64,000 nucleotides of DNA. It comes from Octopus bimaculoides. Its lineage: Eukaryota. Below are positions 27,101 to 40,685 of this stretch, in pieces (position 1 is the stretch's first letter; each line of letters begins with the position of its first letter). Under the pieces are notes generated by a model. That model was not told where the DNA came from and ran no database searches. It saw only the letters and a list, made by a program, of their open reading frames with translations. The position numbers and the translations under genes were made by a program. The stretch spans positions 54,327,659-54,391,658 of the forward strand of contig NC_068985.1 in assembly GCF_001194135.2 (NCBI RefSeq). Direction: 5' to 3'.

Positions 27101-28218
27101 CCTTGATGGCCACTTCTATTGTATAACTAAAAATATTATTCTATACTTTTAGTACAAAAAGCAAAAATTAGCTAGATTATCTGCATAGAAAGTGTACTGA
27201 GATGAAAAATAGTAATAACAAGGAATTTAGTTTAACAGGTGTGCTAGTTTATCCAAGCATAAGTTTCTGCTCCAATTGCAAATATCCTGACATAGAAATA
27301 TGTTAATGAACATCATGTGGACTGGACTGACTGACCTACCTGCAGCCTATATAAAGAAATGAACACAGTAGAGAAGAATGACTGACCATTCTTAATGAGA
27401 AAATATTTATCTTAATTATATAAAAGGAATAATCTCTTTGTCTGACTTAGATGTTAGATCAACTCAAGAAAAGTAAAATGGGAATTATATACATGACAAG
27501 AGAAAATACTACTCAGGAAAACTAGGAGACCAGTTAAGGACATTCTTCAAACTCTACTATTAAGACATAGAAAACAGCTATTCTTGTTACTAATAAGGGT
27601 TTATTTCATTTTTCAGTCAGAAAGAAGGGCAGTATCCATGGCTTTCTTCAACTCCTCTAAGACCAATGAGAGAAAGAAAGGTACACACAAATTAAAGACC
27701 TGTCAATGTTTACAACAGAGTGAACTCTTCCACCAAAGCACCTAAGAATCAAGTGTTGGTGTTAAACAGGCCAAATAGCAAGTCTACCACCCAAACAGGA
27801 GACAGTGGGATTTGAACTCAGAATGCAGAAATCTAAAAGAAATACGACAAGGTATCTTAACCTACAGCCCTATTAGTCCATCATTCTAGACGAGTACTTA
27901 ATTGACCCACAGAAATATAAAAAGGTAGAGAAGACTTCAGCAGGATTTGAACTCATACCTCAAAACATTTCATCCAGCACTAATAACTTGGCAATTCACC
28001 ACCAGTTTAACAGACTAAGATGTTGCTATTGAACTACATTGTTCAACTAGGGTACTAACTTTTCCGACTTCATTATGAACAGGCTGTCCAATAACAGTGA
28101 ACACATGAGCTTCATTTAAAGTACGGTCTCAATTCAATTTGGAAAATGACCTATTTACAGGCTATTGCAGAGTGTGTGTTTGTGTATGTGTGTATACTGT
28201 AATGTTTGTGTGTGTGTT

Positions 28219-28257
<39 letters not shown>

Positions 28258-28404
28258 TTTGTAATGTATATATACATATGTGTGTGACAACCTACATATA
28301 CTGGATCTGTTTAACCTGAGCTCAGAGCAAGACTACAGAAATGTAATATACAGACAATGAATGAAGATTTGCAGTAATGTGAGAGAGAAGCCAGGTGTAC
28401 ATTG

Positions 28405-28623
28405 GGGATATACTCTTTTACTTGTTTCAGTCATCTGATTGTGGCCATGCTGGAGCACCGCCTTTAGTTGAGCAAATCGACCCCAGGACTTATTCTTTGT
28501 AAGCCAAGTACTTATTCTATCGGTCTTTTTTGCCAAACCGCTAAGTTACGGAGATGTAAACACACCAGCATCAGTTGTCAAGTGATGATGGGTCGACAAA
28601 CACAGACACACAAACATATACAA

Positions 28624-28660
<37 letters not shown>

Positions 28661-28820
28661 ACGGGCTTCTTTCAGTTTCTGTCTACCAAATCCACTCACA
28701 AGGCTTTGGTCGGCTCGAGGCTATAGTAGAAGACACTTGCACAAAATGCCACGCAGTGGGACTGAACTTGGAATCACGTGGTTCATAAGCAAGCTACTTA
28801 CCACACAGCTACTCCTACAC
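28405..28820 (-). mobile_element. Near-intact SINE family B copy
   Basis: Reverse complement of 35394-35830 over its full length. Other copies at about 12360-12830(-), 31615-31990(-), 33005-33253(-, runs into gap), 56335-56810(+) and 58120-58470(+). Confidence 0.9.
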
Positions 28821-28857
28821 CTAGCTACTTACAACACAACCACTCCTATGCCTATAT

Positions 28858-28955
28858 ATATTCGCCTATATGTATATATATATATACATATATACGCCTA
28901 TATGTATATATATATACATATATACGCCTATATGTATATATATATACATATATAC
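28858..28955. repeat. 32-bp minisatellite (cgcctatatgtatatatatatatacatatata)n running into a gap
   Basis: Three near-identical units before the N-run at 28956. Confidence 0.85.
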
Positions 28956-29827
28956 NNNNNNNNNNNNNNNNNNNNNNNNNNNNNNNNNNNNNNNNNNNNN
29001 NNNNNNNNNNNNNNNNNNNNNNNNNNNNNNNNNNNNNNNNNNNNNNNNNNNNNNNNNNNNNNNNNNNNNNNNNNNNNNNNNNNNNNNNNNNNNNNNNNNN
29101 NNNNNNNNNNNNNNNNNNNNNNNNNNNNNNNNNNNNNNNNNNNNNNNNNNNNNNNNNNNNNNNNNNNNNNNNNNNNNNNNNNNNNNNNNNNNNNNNNNNN
29201 NNNNNNNNNNNNNNNNNNNNNNNNNNNNNNNNNNNNNNNNNNNNNNNNNNNNNNNNNNNNNNNNNNNNNNNNNNNNNNNNNNNNNNNNNNNNNNNNNNNN
29301 NNNNNNNNNNNNNNNNNNNNNNNNNNNNNNNNNNNNNNNNNNNNNNNNNNNNNNNNNNNNNNNNNNNNNNNNNNNNNNNNNNNNNNNNNNNNNNNNNNNN
29401 NNNNNNNNNNNNNNNNNNNNNNNNNNNNNNNNNNNNNNNNNNNNNNNNNNNNNNNNNNNNNNNNNNNNNNNNNNNNNNNNNNNNNNNNNNNNNNNNNNNN
29501 NNNNNNNNNNNNNNNNNNNNNNNNNNNNNNNNNNNNNNNNNNNNNNNNNNNNNNNNNNNNNNNNNNNNNNNNNNNNNNNNNNNNNNNNNNNNNNNNNNNN
29601 NNNNNNNNNNNNNNNNNNNNNNNNNNNNNNNNNNNNNNNNNNNNNNNNNNNNNNNNNNNNNNNNNNNNNNNNNNNNNNNNNNNNNNNNNNNNNNNNNNNN
29701 NNNNNNNNNNNNNNNNNNNNNNNNNNNNNNNNNNNNNNNNNNNNNNNNNNNNNNNNNNNNNNNNNNNNNNNNNNNNNNNNNNNNNNNNNNNNNNNNNNNN
29801 NNNNNNNNNNNNNNNNNNNNNNNNNNN

Positions 29828-30484
29828 CACCCCCCATCTACACACGCACACACATCACACGCACATACACACACATCACACGCACATACACACACACACA
29901 TACAAGGCACATACACACACATGTAGAAACGAACACACTTACACACACATGCAATTGAACCTACACACAACTCCTACACGCACACTCACACACACCCAGG
30001 TGCACATACATGTACACACACACAAATGAACCCACACATAACTCACATACACATACACACACAACAAACAGTGACACATACATGAACACATACTACGCAT
30101 ATACACGCACACACACACACACACGAAATAACCCACGTGTGACCCACAAAGCAAACCACACGCATATACACACACACGTACACACACAGATATATACACA
30201 TACACACACACGTACACAAAAAATACAGGCACACACTGCTAGGAAATCACACCCAAACAATACAAACACACAAGCACACACACACACACTCAAAAACTGC
30301 CTGCTGACCTTCCACTGACCATTGTCCATAAGCACCCCCTAACTATTCCTGCTACTAATTCCTTCCACTATGTCACACACAAACACACACTAACAGATAA
30401 ACCACCAAACCACACACACACACATACATACGCACACACACGTTCTGTTATTACACACACACTTGCAGACCCTCGCGCATGCAC
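29828..30484. repeat. Degenerate (CA)-rich low-complexity tract between two gaps
   Basis: Directly visible. Confidence 0.9.
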
Positions 30485-32042
30485 NNNNNNNNNNNNNNNN
30501 NNNNNNNNNNNNNNNNNNNNNNNNNNNNNNNNNNNNNNNNNNNNNNNNNNNNNNNNNNNNNNNNNNNNNNNNNNNNNNNNNNNNNNNNNNNNNNNNNNNN
30601 NNNNNNNNNNNNNNNNNNNNNNNNNNNNNNNNNNNNNNNNNNNNNNNNNNNNNNNNNNNNNNNNNNNNNNNNNNNNNNNNNNNNNNNNNNNNNNNNNNNN
30701 NNNNNNNNNNNNNNNNNNNNNNNNNNNNNNNNNNNNNNNNNNNNNNNNNNNNNAATAACACTATCCGTATCACGTCCTCACTTTGTTGTTTTTTGTTATT
30801 GTTTTTTGTCTTTTTTTGAACTTATATATATATATATATAACGTGAGAGAGTTAGGGGTTGGGGGTACAACCCACTAAGGGATAGTATCTATCCAGTATA
30901 CTGCTGGGAGGGTACCCAATTATTGCTACACTAGTGCTATATATATATATGTAAAACAAAAAAAAAGAGTTGAGCAGAAATGAAGTGAAATGTAATTGGA
31001 CAAATTTCAAATTAATTAGCACATTGACCATAAATTCCAATAGTTTTTTTTTCTTTTAAATTAGTGTGTAACATTAAAATAAGTCTTACGGCTATGAATA
31101 AAAGTAATAAGGTACCTATCCATATGATATCATGTGAAGCATTATAACAATCTATCAGAACTCATCATCATTTAACATCCCTTTTCCCATGCTGGCATGA
31201 GCTCCAACGTCTGTTTTGGCATGGTTTCTACAGCTGGATACCCTTCCTAATGCCAACCAGTTTACAGAGTGTACAGGGTATTTTTTTCATAGCTCTAACA
31301 CTGATGGGGTCACCAAGTATAACTCCTACAAAGTAAATATGCTTCACACAGTAGCACAACACTTGCTTGAACAGATTTGGAAGAGTAACTTTACAGGAAA
31401 GGATCCAACTGAGGTAGACTAATTTAAACCTTTTGTTGTGAAAGCTAAACATGAACAAAGCAATTATTATTTTCTATATGATTCCTGATACAAAATAAAT
31501 CATAACTTCCATCAACATTTTTTAATGTTAACCACAAAAATTATAGAATTTCTCTGTTATTTTCATATAACCAATTAAAAAAAAACATCTCTTACTTTAT
31601 CAATATTTTTTTATTCTTTTACATGCTTCAGTCATTTGACTGCGGCTATGCTGGAGCACCACCTTGAAGGGTTTTTAGTTGAACAAATCAACCCCAAGAT
31701 TTATTCTTTGTAAGCCTAGTACTTATTCTATTGGTCCTTTTTTGCCAAATTGCTAACTAACAGGGACATAAACACACCAACATCAGTTGTCAAGTGATGG
31801 TGGGGGGACAAACACAGACACAAACATATTTGTATATATATTCAGTTTGTCTACCAAATCTACTCACAAGGCTTTGGTCAGTGTGAGGCTATAGTAGAAG
31901 ATACTTGCTCAAAGTGCCACGCAGTGGAGATGAACCTAGAACCGTGTGGTTGAGAAGCAAGTTTCTTACCACACACCCATGACTATGCCTATAATAAAGA
32001 AAGCTGCTTATTAATTAGCATTGCGTATGTAACTTTTACAAA

Positions 32043-32600
32043 AAGGAAGCATTTATTCAAGTCTACACTGTCAAGAAAATTCTTAAAAATTTCAGATGGT
32101 CTGCTAAACTGAAATCTGTATGTTGCTTCAAGGAAAAGGCAAGGCAAACTGCATTCTCCTCTACCAAATATTTTAAGATATTTCAATGTTACTCATACAG
32201 GAAACAGTTTCCTGGAATATACATGTTTACACAACAATGCACTAGCCTTGGCTTCTCTGGGTTACAAAGAAATCAGAACCCCAGGATTTAGTCCTACATC
32301 ACAGTAGTCTCATATAAGCAAAACATGACATATACCAGCAGAAACACCACCCAGTATATAAAAATGAAAATAAATAAATAAAAGCCATACAAATTTTAGA
32401 TCTAAAAGAACATTTGTGGTGGATGACAGAGGATTAGACAATAACATAAGCATTGTTTTTGATGTAGCATTTGAAAGTATGTGCATTATAATTGTAATAA
32501 TAAAGCTACAATGTGAGCTACTGTCAAATATAGTATACATATACATTTTATATAGGTTAACCAATTCAAAAGTGAGAGATAACAAAAATTTTTAAGAGAA
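32043..32600 (+). pseudogene. Decayed LRR-coding relic
   Basis: SDGLLN*NLYVAS...LPNILRYFNVTHTGNSFLEYTCLHNNAL (32092-32244); IQILDLKEHL (32387); GLDNNISIVFDVAFESMCII (32431) fits NxIxxVxxxAFxxM exactly. Confidence 0.55.
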
Positions 32601-33778
32601 AAATGAAGCTAAACTTTCCATCTAAACTTGCTCCTACTTTATACGTTGTTATTTCAAAATTATGAGCAGTTAATACAAAAGAATTATGAGAAAATTATGT
32701 TTAAGTTCACCAATCCTGTACTACAACAGAATGACTATTTCCTTACACAGTCATTTGCCTCAATTGATAAGAAACTGTGTATAACATAGCTAGTGAAATT
32801 ACCAGCATATGAAGAGAGAGAGAGAGATAGGCAGACATATATATAGACGAATGTGTATGTGTGTGTGTGTATGTGTGTGTGTGTGTGTATGTGTGTGTGT
32901 GTGTGTGTGTGTAAACACATACATATATGTCTGTGTCTGGATAGACAGGCAGAGAAATAAGAATACTTTAGCAGTTTCAACATGAAGGTTTCAGTTTGAG
33001 AAATACTCTTTTACTCGTTTCAGTCATTTGACTGCAACCATGCTGGAGCACCGCCTTTAGACAAGTAAATCGACCCCAGGACTTATTCTTTGTAAGCCTA
33101 GTACTTATTCTATCGGTGTCTTTTGCCAAACCGCTAAGTTACGGGGATGTAAACACACTAGCATCGGTTATCAAGCGATGTTGGGGAGGGGGGGAACAAA
33201 CACAGGCACACAAACATATACACACACAAACATATACACACACATACATATATNNNNNNNNNNNNNNNNNNNNNNNNNNNNNNNNNNNNNNNNNNNNNNN
33301 NNNNNNNNNNNNNNNNNNNNNNNNNNNNNNNNNNNNNNNNNNNNNNNNNNNNNNNNNNNNNNNNNNNNNNNNNNNNNNNNNNNNNNNNNNNNNNNNNNNN
33401 NNNNNNNNNNNNNNNNNNNNNNNNNNNNNNNNNNNNNNNNNNNNNNNNNNNNNNNNNNNNNNNNNNNNNNNNNNNNNNNNNNNNNNNNNNNNNNNNNNNN
33501 NNNNNNNNNNNNNNNNNNNNNNNNNNNNNNNNNNNNNNNNNNNNNNNNNNNNNNNNNNNNNNNNNNNNNNNNNNNNNNNNNNNNNNNNNNNNNNNNNNNN
33601 NNNNNNNNNNNNNNNNNNNNNNNNNNNNNNNNNNNNNNNNNNNNNNNNNNNNNNNNNNNNNNNNNNNNNNNNNNNNNNNNNNNNNNNNNNNNNNNNNNNN
33701 NNNNNNNNNNNNNNNNNNNNNNNNNNNNNNNNNNNNNNNNNNNNNNNNNNNNNNNNNNNNNNNNNNNNNNNNNNNNNN

Positions 33779-33825
<47 letters not shown>

Positions 33826-35393
33826 AGTTGTAAAACAGTGAAGTTGCTACTGTCGTACAGCTTGCTCAGCTTTGACTGATCGTACCAATGGTTTATAGAT
33901 AGATAGATGACCAAACAACTAGGTGTAATCTACACATCTATCATTCCTCTGACTAGTTGGGGACTTTAATGTAGGCTATGACAAGCAGTTATTGATCAAA
34001 TGAAGTGGTGTGACAGCAGTGATGCAGGTGCAACAGGTGGACTCGAATGTAACTGGAGTACAGATAGTAAAGCAAGTTAATCATTGTACAAGATACAGGA
34101 AGATAGAACAACATAGTTGTAAGAAATCAGAAAGACTGTTTACATGATGTGAATAAAAAGAGAGCATTTACAGAGATAATAACATTATTCAATAGAAGGA
34201 TACCTTAGCAGTTTAGTCTTGACTCTTATGAAATTAACCACCCTTTCCTTCTCCTTTGATCCATTGTTCATATTCTCATTTACACTCAACTTCTTGTACC
34301 TTGATAGTACCCTCTGGCACCTCATCACTACCATCTTAATCTTCTTTCCAGCTACTCTTTTATAATGCAGGATAGCCACCTATCTGCTCAATAACAAGAG
34401 ATCTATGTTTGTCCTATCATACTTTAGCCTTTCAATATCTGGCACAAAACAACTTCCTCTCTCTCAAATACACTCTCACTCAGTTCAGGGGTGCTTTTAC
34501 TATTCTTGTCTTGCAAGTTACTGAGCGACCTCACTAATGCTAATATCACAAAAAAAAACAAAAAAAAAAAAAGCAGTATGTTCTGTAGAGTGGTTGGCAT
34601 TAAGAAGGGTATCCAATGGTAAAAAAATATGCCAAAGCTGACACTGGTGTAGGCACAGTGCTGCAGCCTGGCAAATACTGTCAAACCATCTAACTCATGC
34701 CAGCATGGAGTACCAAAGTTAAATGATGATGATAGTGTTTGCATTTCCAATATTATGCAAAATATTAATATAAATTTTTTGTATTCTTCTTGAATAGTAG
34801 TGATTTTTGTCTTTTTTTCTTACTTATTTTTTCTTCTTTTATTTTAAGATACTGAAGCTCAGTAAATGTATAAACTATCAGCCTTGGATATTTAGGAAAA
34901 CAGCCAAAGATTAAACAAACAAGTCACTGGAAGGTTAGTACTAAAATTATATTTGCTCCTCACTTCTAAACAAACACTTCACTCCTACTTACAAACAGAT
35001 GGCACCAAACTCCTGCTATCACATATTGACCACTAACACATCAAATTTGTCCTCATTATTGCAGCAAACAACTAAGTATAATGTTGTTTCCTCAAATTCA
35101 TAAGGTACCTTAATATTGTATACAAAAAGGTGCTGTACTGTATCACGTAACTAAAAATCATAAATGCTAATTTTAGTAAAAACATTGTACATAATCCACT
35201 TCTTGTTATAGGTGAAACAAAACAAGAAAAACACTGACTGAACATTATATGAATAAAAAAATCATTTCAATAGTTCAGACATAAATTTGACTACAAATAA
35301 TAACTGTTTCTAATTTTAGCACAAGTCCAGTAATTTAGTGAGGAGAGAATTAGTCAATACCATTGACATTTGATTGCTAATTTTTTTTTTTAA

Positions 35394-35830
35394 TAGGTGC
35401 AGGAGTGGTTGTGTGGTAAGTAGCTTGCTTACCAACCACATGGTTCCAGGTTCAGTCCCACTGCGTGGCACCTTGGGCAAGTGTCTTCTCCTATAGCCTC
35501 GGGCCGACCAAAGCCTTGTGAGTGGATTTGGTAGACAGAAACTGAAAGAAGCTCGTCATATATATGTATATATATATATATATATATATGGATGTGTGTA
35601 TATATGTTTGTATGTCTGTGTTTGTCCCCCACCCCAACTTTGTTTGACAACCGATACTGGTGTGTTTACGTCCCCGTAACTTAGCGGTTCGGCAAAAAGA
35701 GATCGATAGAATAAGTACTAGGCTTACAAAGAATAAGTCCTAGGGTCGATTTGCTCAACTAAAGGCAGTGCTCCAGCATGGCCGCAGTCAAATGACTGAA
35801 ACAAGTAAAAGAGTAAAAGAGTAAAGAGTA
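35394..35830 (+). mobile_element. Near-intact SINE family B (tRNA head, core, internal microsatellite, tail ending (AAAGAGT)n)
   Basis: ggtgcaggagtggttgtgtggtaag...ggttcagtccc (A/B boxes); gcaccttgggcaagtgtcttct core; (TA)n spacer; ends gactgaaacaagtaaaagagtaaaagagtaaagagta. Confidence 0.9.
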
Positions 35831-36680
35831 ACCCTCAAAATAATGAAAGGCAAAGTTGACCTTGATTAGATTTGAACTTAGAACATAAAGAGGCAGAAGA
35901 AATACTGTATGGCATTATTCTAATGCTCTAAAGATTATGCCAGCTTACTGCTATTAACTGATGATGATGCTAATAATAATAATAATAATAATGGGTTCAA
36001 ATTTTGCCACAACTGCAGCCATTTTGTGGGAGGGAATGAGTCAATTACATCAACTTCAGTGTTCAACTGTTACCTATTTTATCGACCCGAAAGGGTGAAA
36101 AGCAAAGTTGACCTTGGTAGAATTTGAACTCAGAATGTAACGACAGGCAAAATACGCTAAGCATTTCGTCCAGTGCGCTAAGGATTCTGCCAGCTCACCG
36201 CCTTAATAATAATAATAATAATCCTTTCTACTATAGGCACAAGGCCTGAAATTTGGGGTGAGGGGGCCAGTCGATTAAATTGTAGATCAACTCCAGTATG
36301 CAACTGGTACTTAATTTATCAACCCCGAAAGGATGAAAGGCAAAGTTGACCTTGGCAGAATTTGAACTCAGAACAGAGCGAGAACGAGATACTGCTAAGC
36401 ATTTTGTCCAGCAAGCTAACAATTCTACCAGCTCATTGCCTTGTATTATGATAATAAAATCCTTTCTGCTATAGGTACAAGGCCTGAAATTTTGGGGGAG
36501 GGGCCTAGTCAATTATATTGACTCCCGTATTTTACTGATACTTAATTTATCAACCCCACTAGGATGAAAGGCAAAGTCAACCTTGGCAGGATTTGAACTC
36601 AGAACATAACGGTGAGTGAAATACTGCTAAGAATTTTGCCCAGTGTGCTAACAATTCTGCCAGCTCACGGCCTTAAAAAT
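35820..36680 (-). mobile_element. Head-to-tail array of four SINE family A copies separated by (TAA)n
   Basis: Copies at about 35820-35950 (partial), 35985-36205, 36210-36440 and 36450-36675. Confidence 0.9.
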
Positions 36681-37439
36681 AATATGAATAATAACAACAA
36701 CAATCATACAATGTTTAATCAACAAAGAAAGCAAATGTCTTTTTTTTTAATGAAAACTTACTATATACCAAAGCTAAAAGTACAGCTTTACTCACTTATT
36801 TTATTTGTATTTTCTATATTTTTACTGAATTTTATTTATTGACAATTTCCATATCTCCACCATCATGCTGCAGTAATGTTTTATTAGACAGTTGTTAGGG
36901 GAAAAACATGAAATAAAGATAAGAAATGAGGAAAGAAAGAAAAATAAAATAAAGAACAGGTTCAATTTCATACACTGATAGCTCACCATTAAGGAGCCAG
37001 GAGCTGTTCTAGACCAACAGTTGAAATAGCTATCAGGTCATAAAGAAGAAGGGGGGTTGGAGGTGGCCTGATCTCAGCTTACTAATAGTATTGTTATCTG
37101 GTAACAAGTGAGTTCTCAAAGTATAATGTTACTTCTAATTTATTTGATGATAGAGAAATTAAAGAGCAGACTTTATAAAAACAATTGTTGATTCTCCAGT
37201 GGTTTTGTTTTGTTTTGTTTTGTTCTGTCCTTGTTGTTTTTTCGGGGGGGGGGGGGTCATGTATTTTATGTAATATATCTTGTTTTATGTAGTCTATCTT
37301 ATTTTGGAAAAACACATTCTTCTGAAATGACATACCCAAAGGTGAAGGAACACAGAGAGCTTCAGAAGTTGGATCCACCAAAGCTCACCAAATTGTGTAC
37401 ACCAATATGTGACAAGAGTCACCACAATAAGACATGGAA

Positions 37440-37530
37440 ATGCAAGGTGAGAATAATCAGTGCATATGCACCAACTAAGATAAACTCCAATGAAAACAGT
37501 CAGTCAGTATTCTATAACCTGTTAGCAGCA
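37440..37530 (+). mobile_element. Small LINE APE endonuclease fragment
   Basis: VRIISAYAPTKINSNENSQSVFYNLL matches the 'IIS.YAPT......FY..L' motif. Confidence 0.55.
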
Positions 37531-38085
37531 CACGCCATATCTGATAGCATAAAAGACACGAGCATATTAGATGCACCTAATTTCAGCAATGAATACTCAG
37601 GAATGAAAAAGTCTTTAGTGTATTAAAGCATGTAATTTAGGACTAACTTAACACATAGGATGCAGGGTGATTTTTAAGACATTTTTGAAGAAAATGTGCA
37701 TCTTATATGCCATCAAATACAGTATTTTACATAACATGTTTTGCACCAATAAACTTCAATGCCAAGACAGACTACAGAAACTGACCTACAGTTATGGGTA
37801 GGCATAGTGTTGGTGGCTACAGCTCATCTATTTTATTATTAATAATACAATGCATTCACATTCAGAGTTCAAATTCACAACTTTCATCCTTACATGGTTG
37901 ACAAAATAAAGTATCAATCAAGTACTGGGGAAGATAAAATCAATTCAACTTCTTCCTCAAATTTCTGGGTTTGTGCCTATGTTAGAAACAATTATTAAGA
38001 TGATGGTGAAACATAACATTAACTTCATGGACATCCACAGCCCATCAAAGTAATACCTAAACGATGACAGTTAAATAGGCACATA

Positions 38086-39274
38086 CAAGGTCTGATCAAT
38101 AAGTATCTGGCCTGGTGCTATAAAAACAAAACTACAACACATACCAATTTGGCATTTAATCTCCTTCAAAGTAGTCCCTTTCAGAAACCACACACTTAAT
38201 CCAGTGCTGTTTCCACTGATGGAAGCATTCCTGGAACTCGTTTTCTGGGAATATCAGCAGCTGCCTCATCACATTTCCTCAACGTCCTGAAATCTTCCTT
38301 TCAAGAGATTTAATTTTCGGAAAGAGGAAAAAGTTGCAAGGGGTGAGATCTGGGGAATACAGTGGCTGTCAGACCTAAGGAACAACTTCTCCACAGGCTG
38401 CACTGCACAGTATGGGCAGGTGCATTGTCATGGCACAATTGCCACTCACTGGACGCATGCAATTATGGCCTTTTGCAACAAATAGCATCCTGCAAACACT
38501 ACAAAACCTCACAGTAGCACTTGTTTACTGTCTGACCAATGAACAATGCTCATGTAGTCGAAGAAAACAATCAACAGTGTCTTCACGTTGCTTCAATGCA
38601 TTCGTGCTTTCTTCAGTTTCAGAGAAGTTGAGGTCTTCCACTGCAAAGACTGAGCCTTTGTTTCAGGGTCACGATTCATCACTGGTTATGACAGTTTTCA
38701 AAAAGTTTTCATTGTTCTCAACACAGTCAAGGAGATCTTGTGCAACTGAAACCTGAGTTTTGACACTAACCTGGCAGGCATGCACTTCTTACCCAAATTT
38801 TCATTGATGATAGACTGAACTGAACCGTAACTGATCTGCACATCCTCTGATAACTCATGGAAGGCGATTCAACGATTTCCCCTCACAGCTGCGATGTTTT
38901 CTCAGTTCTGCTGGTTGTGAGTCTCCTGGAACATTCATCATTATTGACATTTTTCGGCCATTTTGGAAACACCTGAACCACTTGTACACTTGTGTGTAGC
39001 TCATACACTCGTCTCCATACACTTTTTACAACATTACATAGGCCTCTGAGCAGGTACTGCCAAGCTTTTGACAAAATTTGATGCAGATTCTCGGCTTAAC
39101 TTTCTCTGTCATGGTCAATGCGACGATCACAAGCTATACATGTTCATTCCCAGCACTGCTGTAAACATGGAGAGCAGAGTTCAAGGTCAGTCAATCTGTG
39201 CCAAACGGCTTCACTCTGCATGCTTTAGCTTTGTTACTATGGCAACAGTCCGGATACTTATTGATCAGGCTTCA
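38086..39274 (-). mobile_element. Mariner transposon (DD34D-type), both TIRs, pseudogenised transposase
   Basis: TA TSDs at 38084-85 and 39275-76. TIRs caaggtctgatcaataagtatctggcctg / cagtccggatacttattgatcaggcttca. Minus strand: MTEKVKPRICIKFCQKLG (ATG 39112), KTLLIVFFD, WQLCHDNAP, YSPDLTPCNFFLFPKIK, QECFHQWKQHWIKCV...DYFEG. Confidence 0.93.
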
Positions 39275-39654
39275 TATAAATGCAAGTGATTGACAGCAAC
39301 AGCAACATCATAATTTTTGCAGTATAACTTACTTTTCTTACATAGTCAAGTATTTTATCTCCTACAGAAAAACAAGACCACATCTACGAAAGGATGTATA
39401 TAGCTAAATACATGTATTTTTAGACAAAATTCCAGAAATAAAACTGCAATAAAGACCACTTCAAGTAGTTTTGCCACCAATTAGTGTACTTTAGCATATT
39501 CTTACTTCACAACCTTTAGAGTGATGCCTTCTCATTAAGCTCTCTACTACACCAAACAATAACCTAAACAAGGAAAGAATGTTGCATTACAATAACAAGA
39601 AAATGAAGATTCTATTCATTCCATCTAGGAACATTTCATAATGACTACTCAATA

Positions 39655-40685
39655 ATAATAATAATCTTTTGTTATTTGGGCACAAAACCAGGAAATTTTT
39701 AGGGGTGAGGAAGTCAGTTACACCAACCCCAGTGTTCAACTTGGTTGGTGTAATTTTATCAACTCTAAAAGAATGGAAGGTTAAGTTGACCTTGGTGGCA
39801 TTTGAACTCAGAATGTAAAGTCAGGATAATAATAATTATTTCTAATAAAGACACTAGGCCTAAAACTTTGAGGGGAGGGGTTAGTCGATAACATCATCCC
39901 CACTCGACTTGTACTTATTTCACTGACCTAAAAGGATGAAAGGCAAAGTTGTTCTTGGCAGAATAACAATAATAATTCTTCCTAACATTGGCACAAGGCC
40001 AGCAATTTTAGGGAAGGGGTTTGTTGATACCATTGACCCCAGTACTTGACTGGTTCTTTATTTTATTAATCCCAGAGAGATGAAAGCAAAGCTAACATCA
40101 ATAGAATTTGAACTAATGACTGTGAAGTGCTGAAATTACTACCACAAAGCACTTTTTCTCACATTAACATTTCTAACAACTTGCCATAATAATAACAATA
40201 ATAATAGTAGTAGTAGATGTTATTGTTATTTTTATTATTAAGGTGGCAAGCTGGCAGAATCGTTAGCATACCAGGCAAAATGTTTAGCAGTATTTTACCT
40301 GTCACAACGTTCTGGGTTCAAACTGCGCTGAGTTCGATTTTGCCTTTCATCCTTTTGGCGTCAATAAATTAAGTACCAGTGAAACACTGGGGTTGATGTA
40401 ATCAACTAGTCCCCTCCTCCAAATTTTCAAGCCTTGTGCCTTTAGTAGAAAAGATTATTATTATTATTATTATTATTATTATGGCTTCTGATTAAGGCAC
40501 AAGGTCAGCAATTTTGAAGGGAAGGGTTAGTTGATATCATCAACCCCTGTACTTGACTGGTATTTTATTTGATTAACCCGGGAGGGATTAAAGACAAAGT
40601 TGAACTCAGAATGTAGAGCCAGAAGAAATACCATAAAGCATTTCTTGGAGCATTCTAAGGATTCTGGCAATCCACCACCCTAATT
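39655..40685. mobile_element. Five SINE family A copies (-,-,-,+,-)
   Basis: Repeated body aaggcaaagttgacct...gaatttgaactcagaa in both orientations with AAT/ATT spacers. Confidence 0.85.

Noticed and set aside
27340-27346. 7-nt minus-strand microexon (tatag|GCTGCAG|gtagg)
   Set aside because: Signals are reasonable but it is too short to support without reads.
28575-33914. Long ORFs of 230-480 aa in the track
   Set aside because: They are N-gaps translated as X plus dinucleotide repeats (HTHT, YIYI, CVCV).
33940-34420. LVGDFNV motif and possible LINE remnants
   Set aside because: A single short motif without supporting flanks; too decayed to call.
35394-35465. tRNA-like A/B boxes
   Set aside because: This is a SINE head with no complete cloverleaf; no true tRNA, rRNA or CRISPR array was seen in the window.
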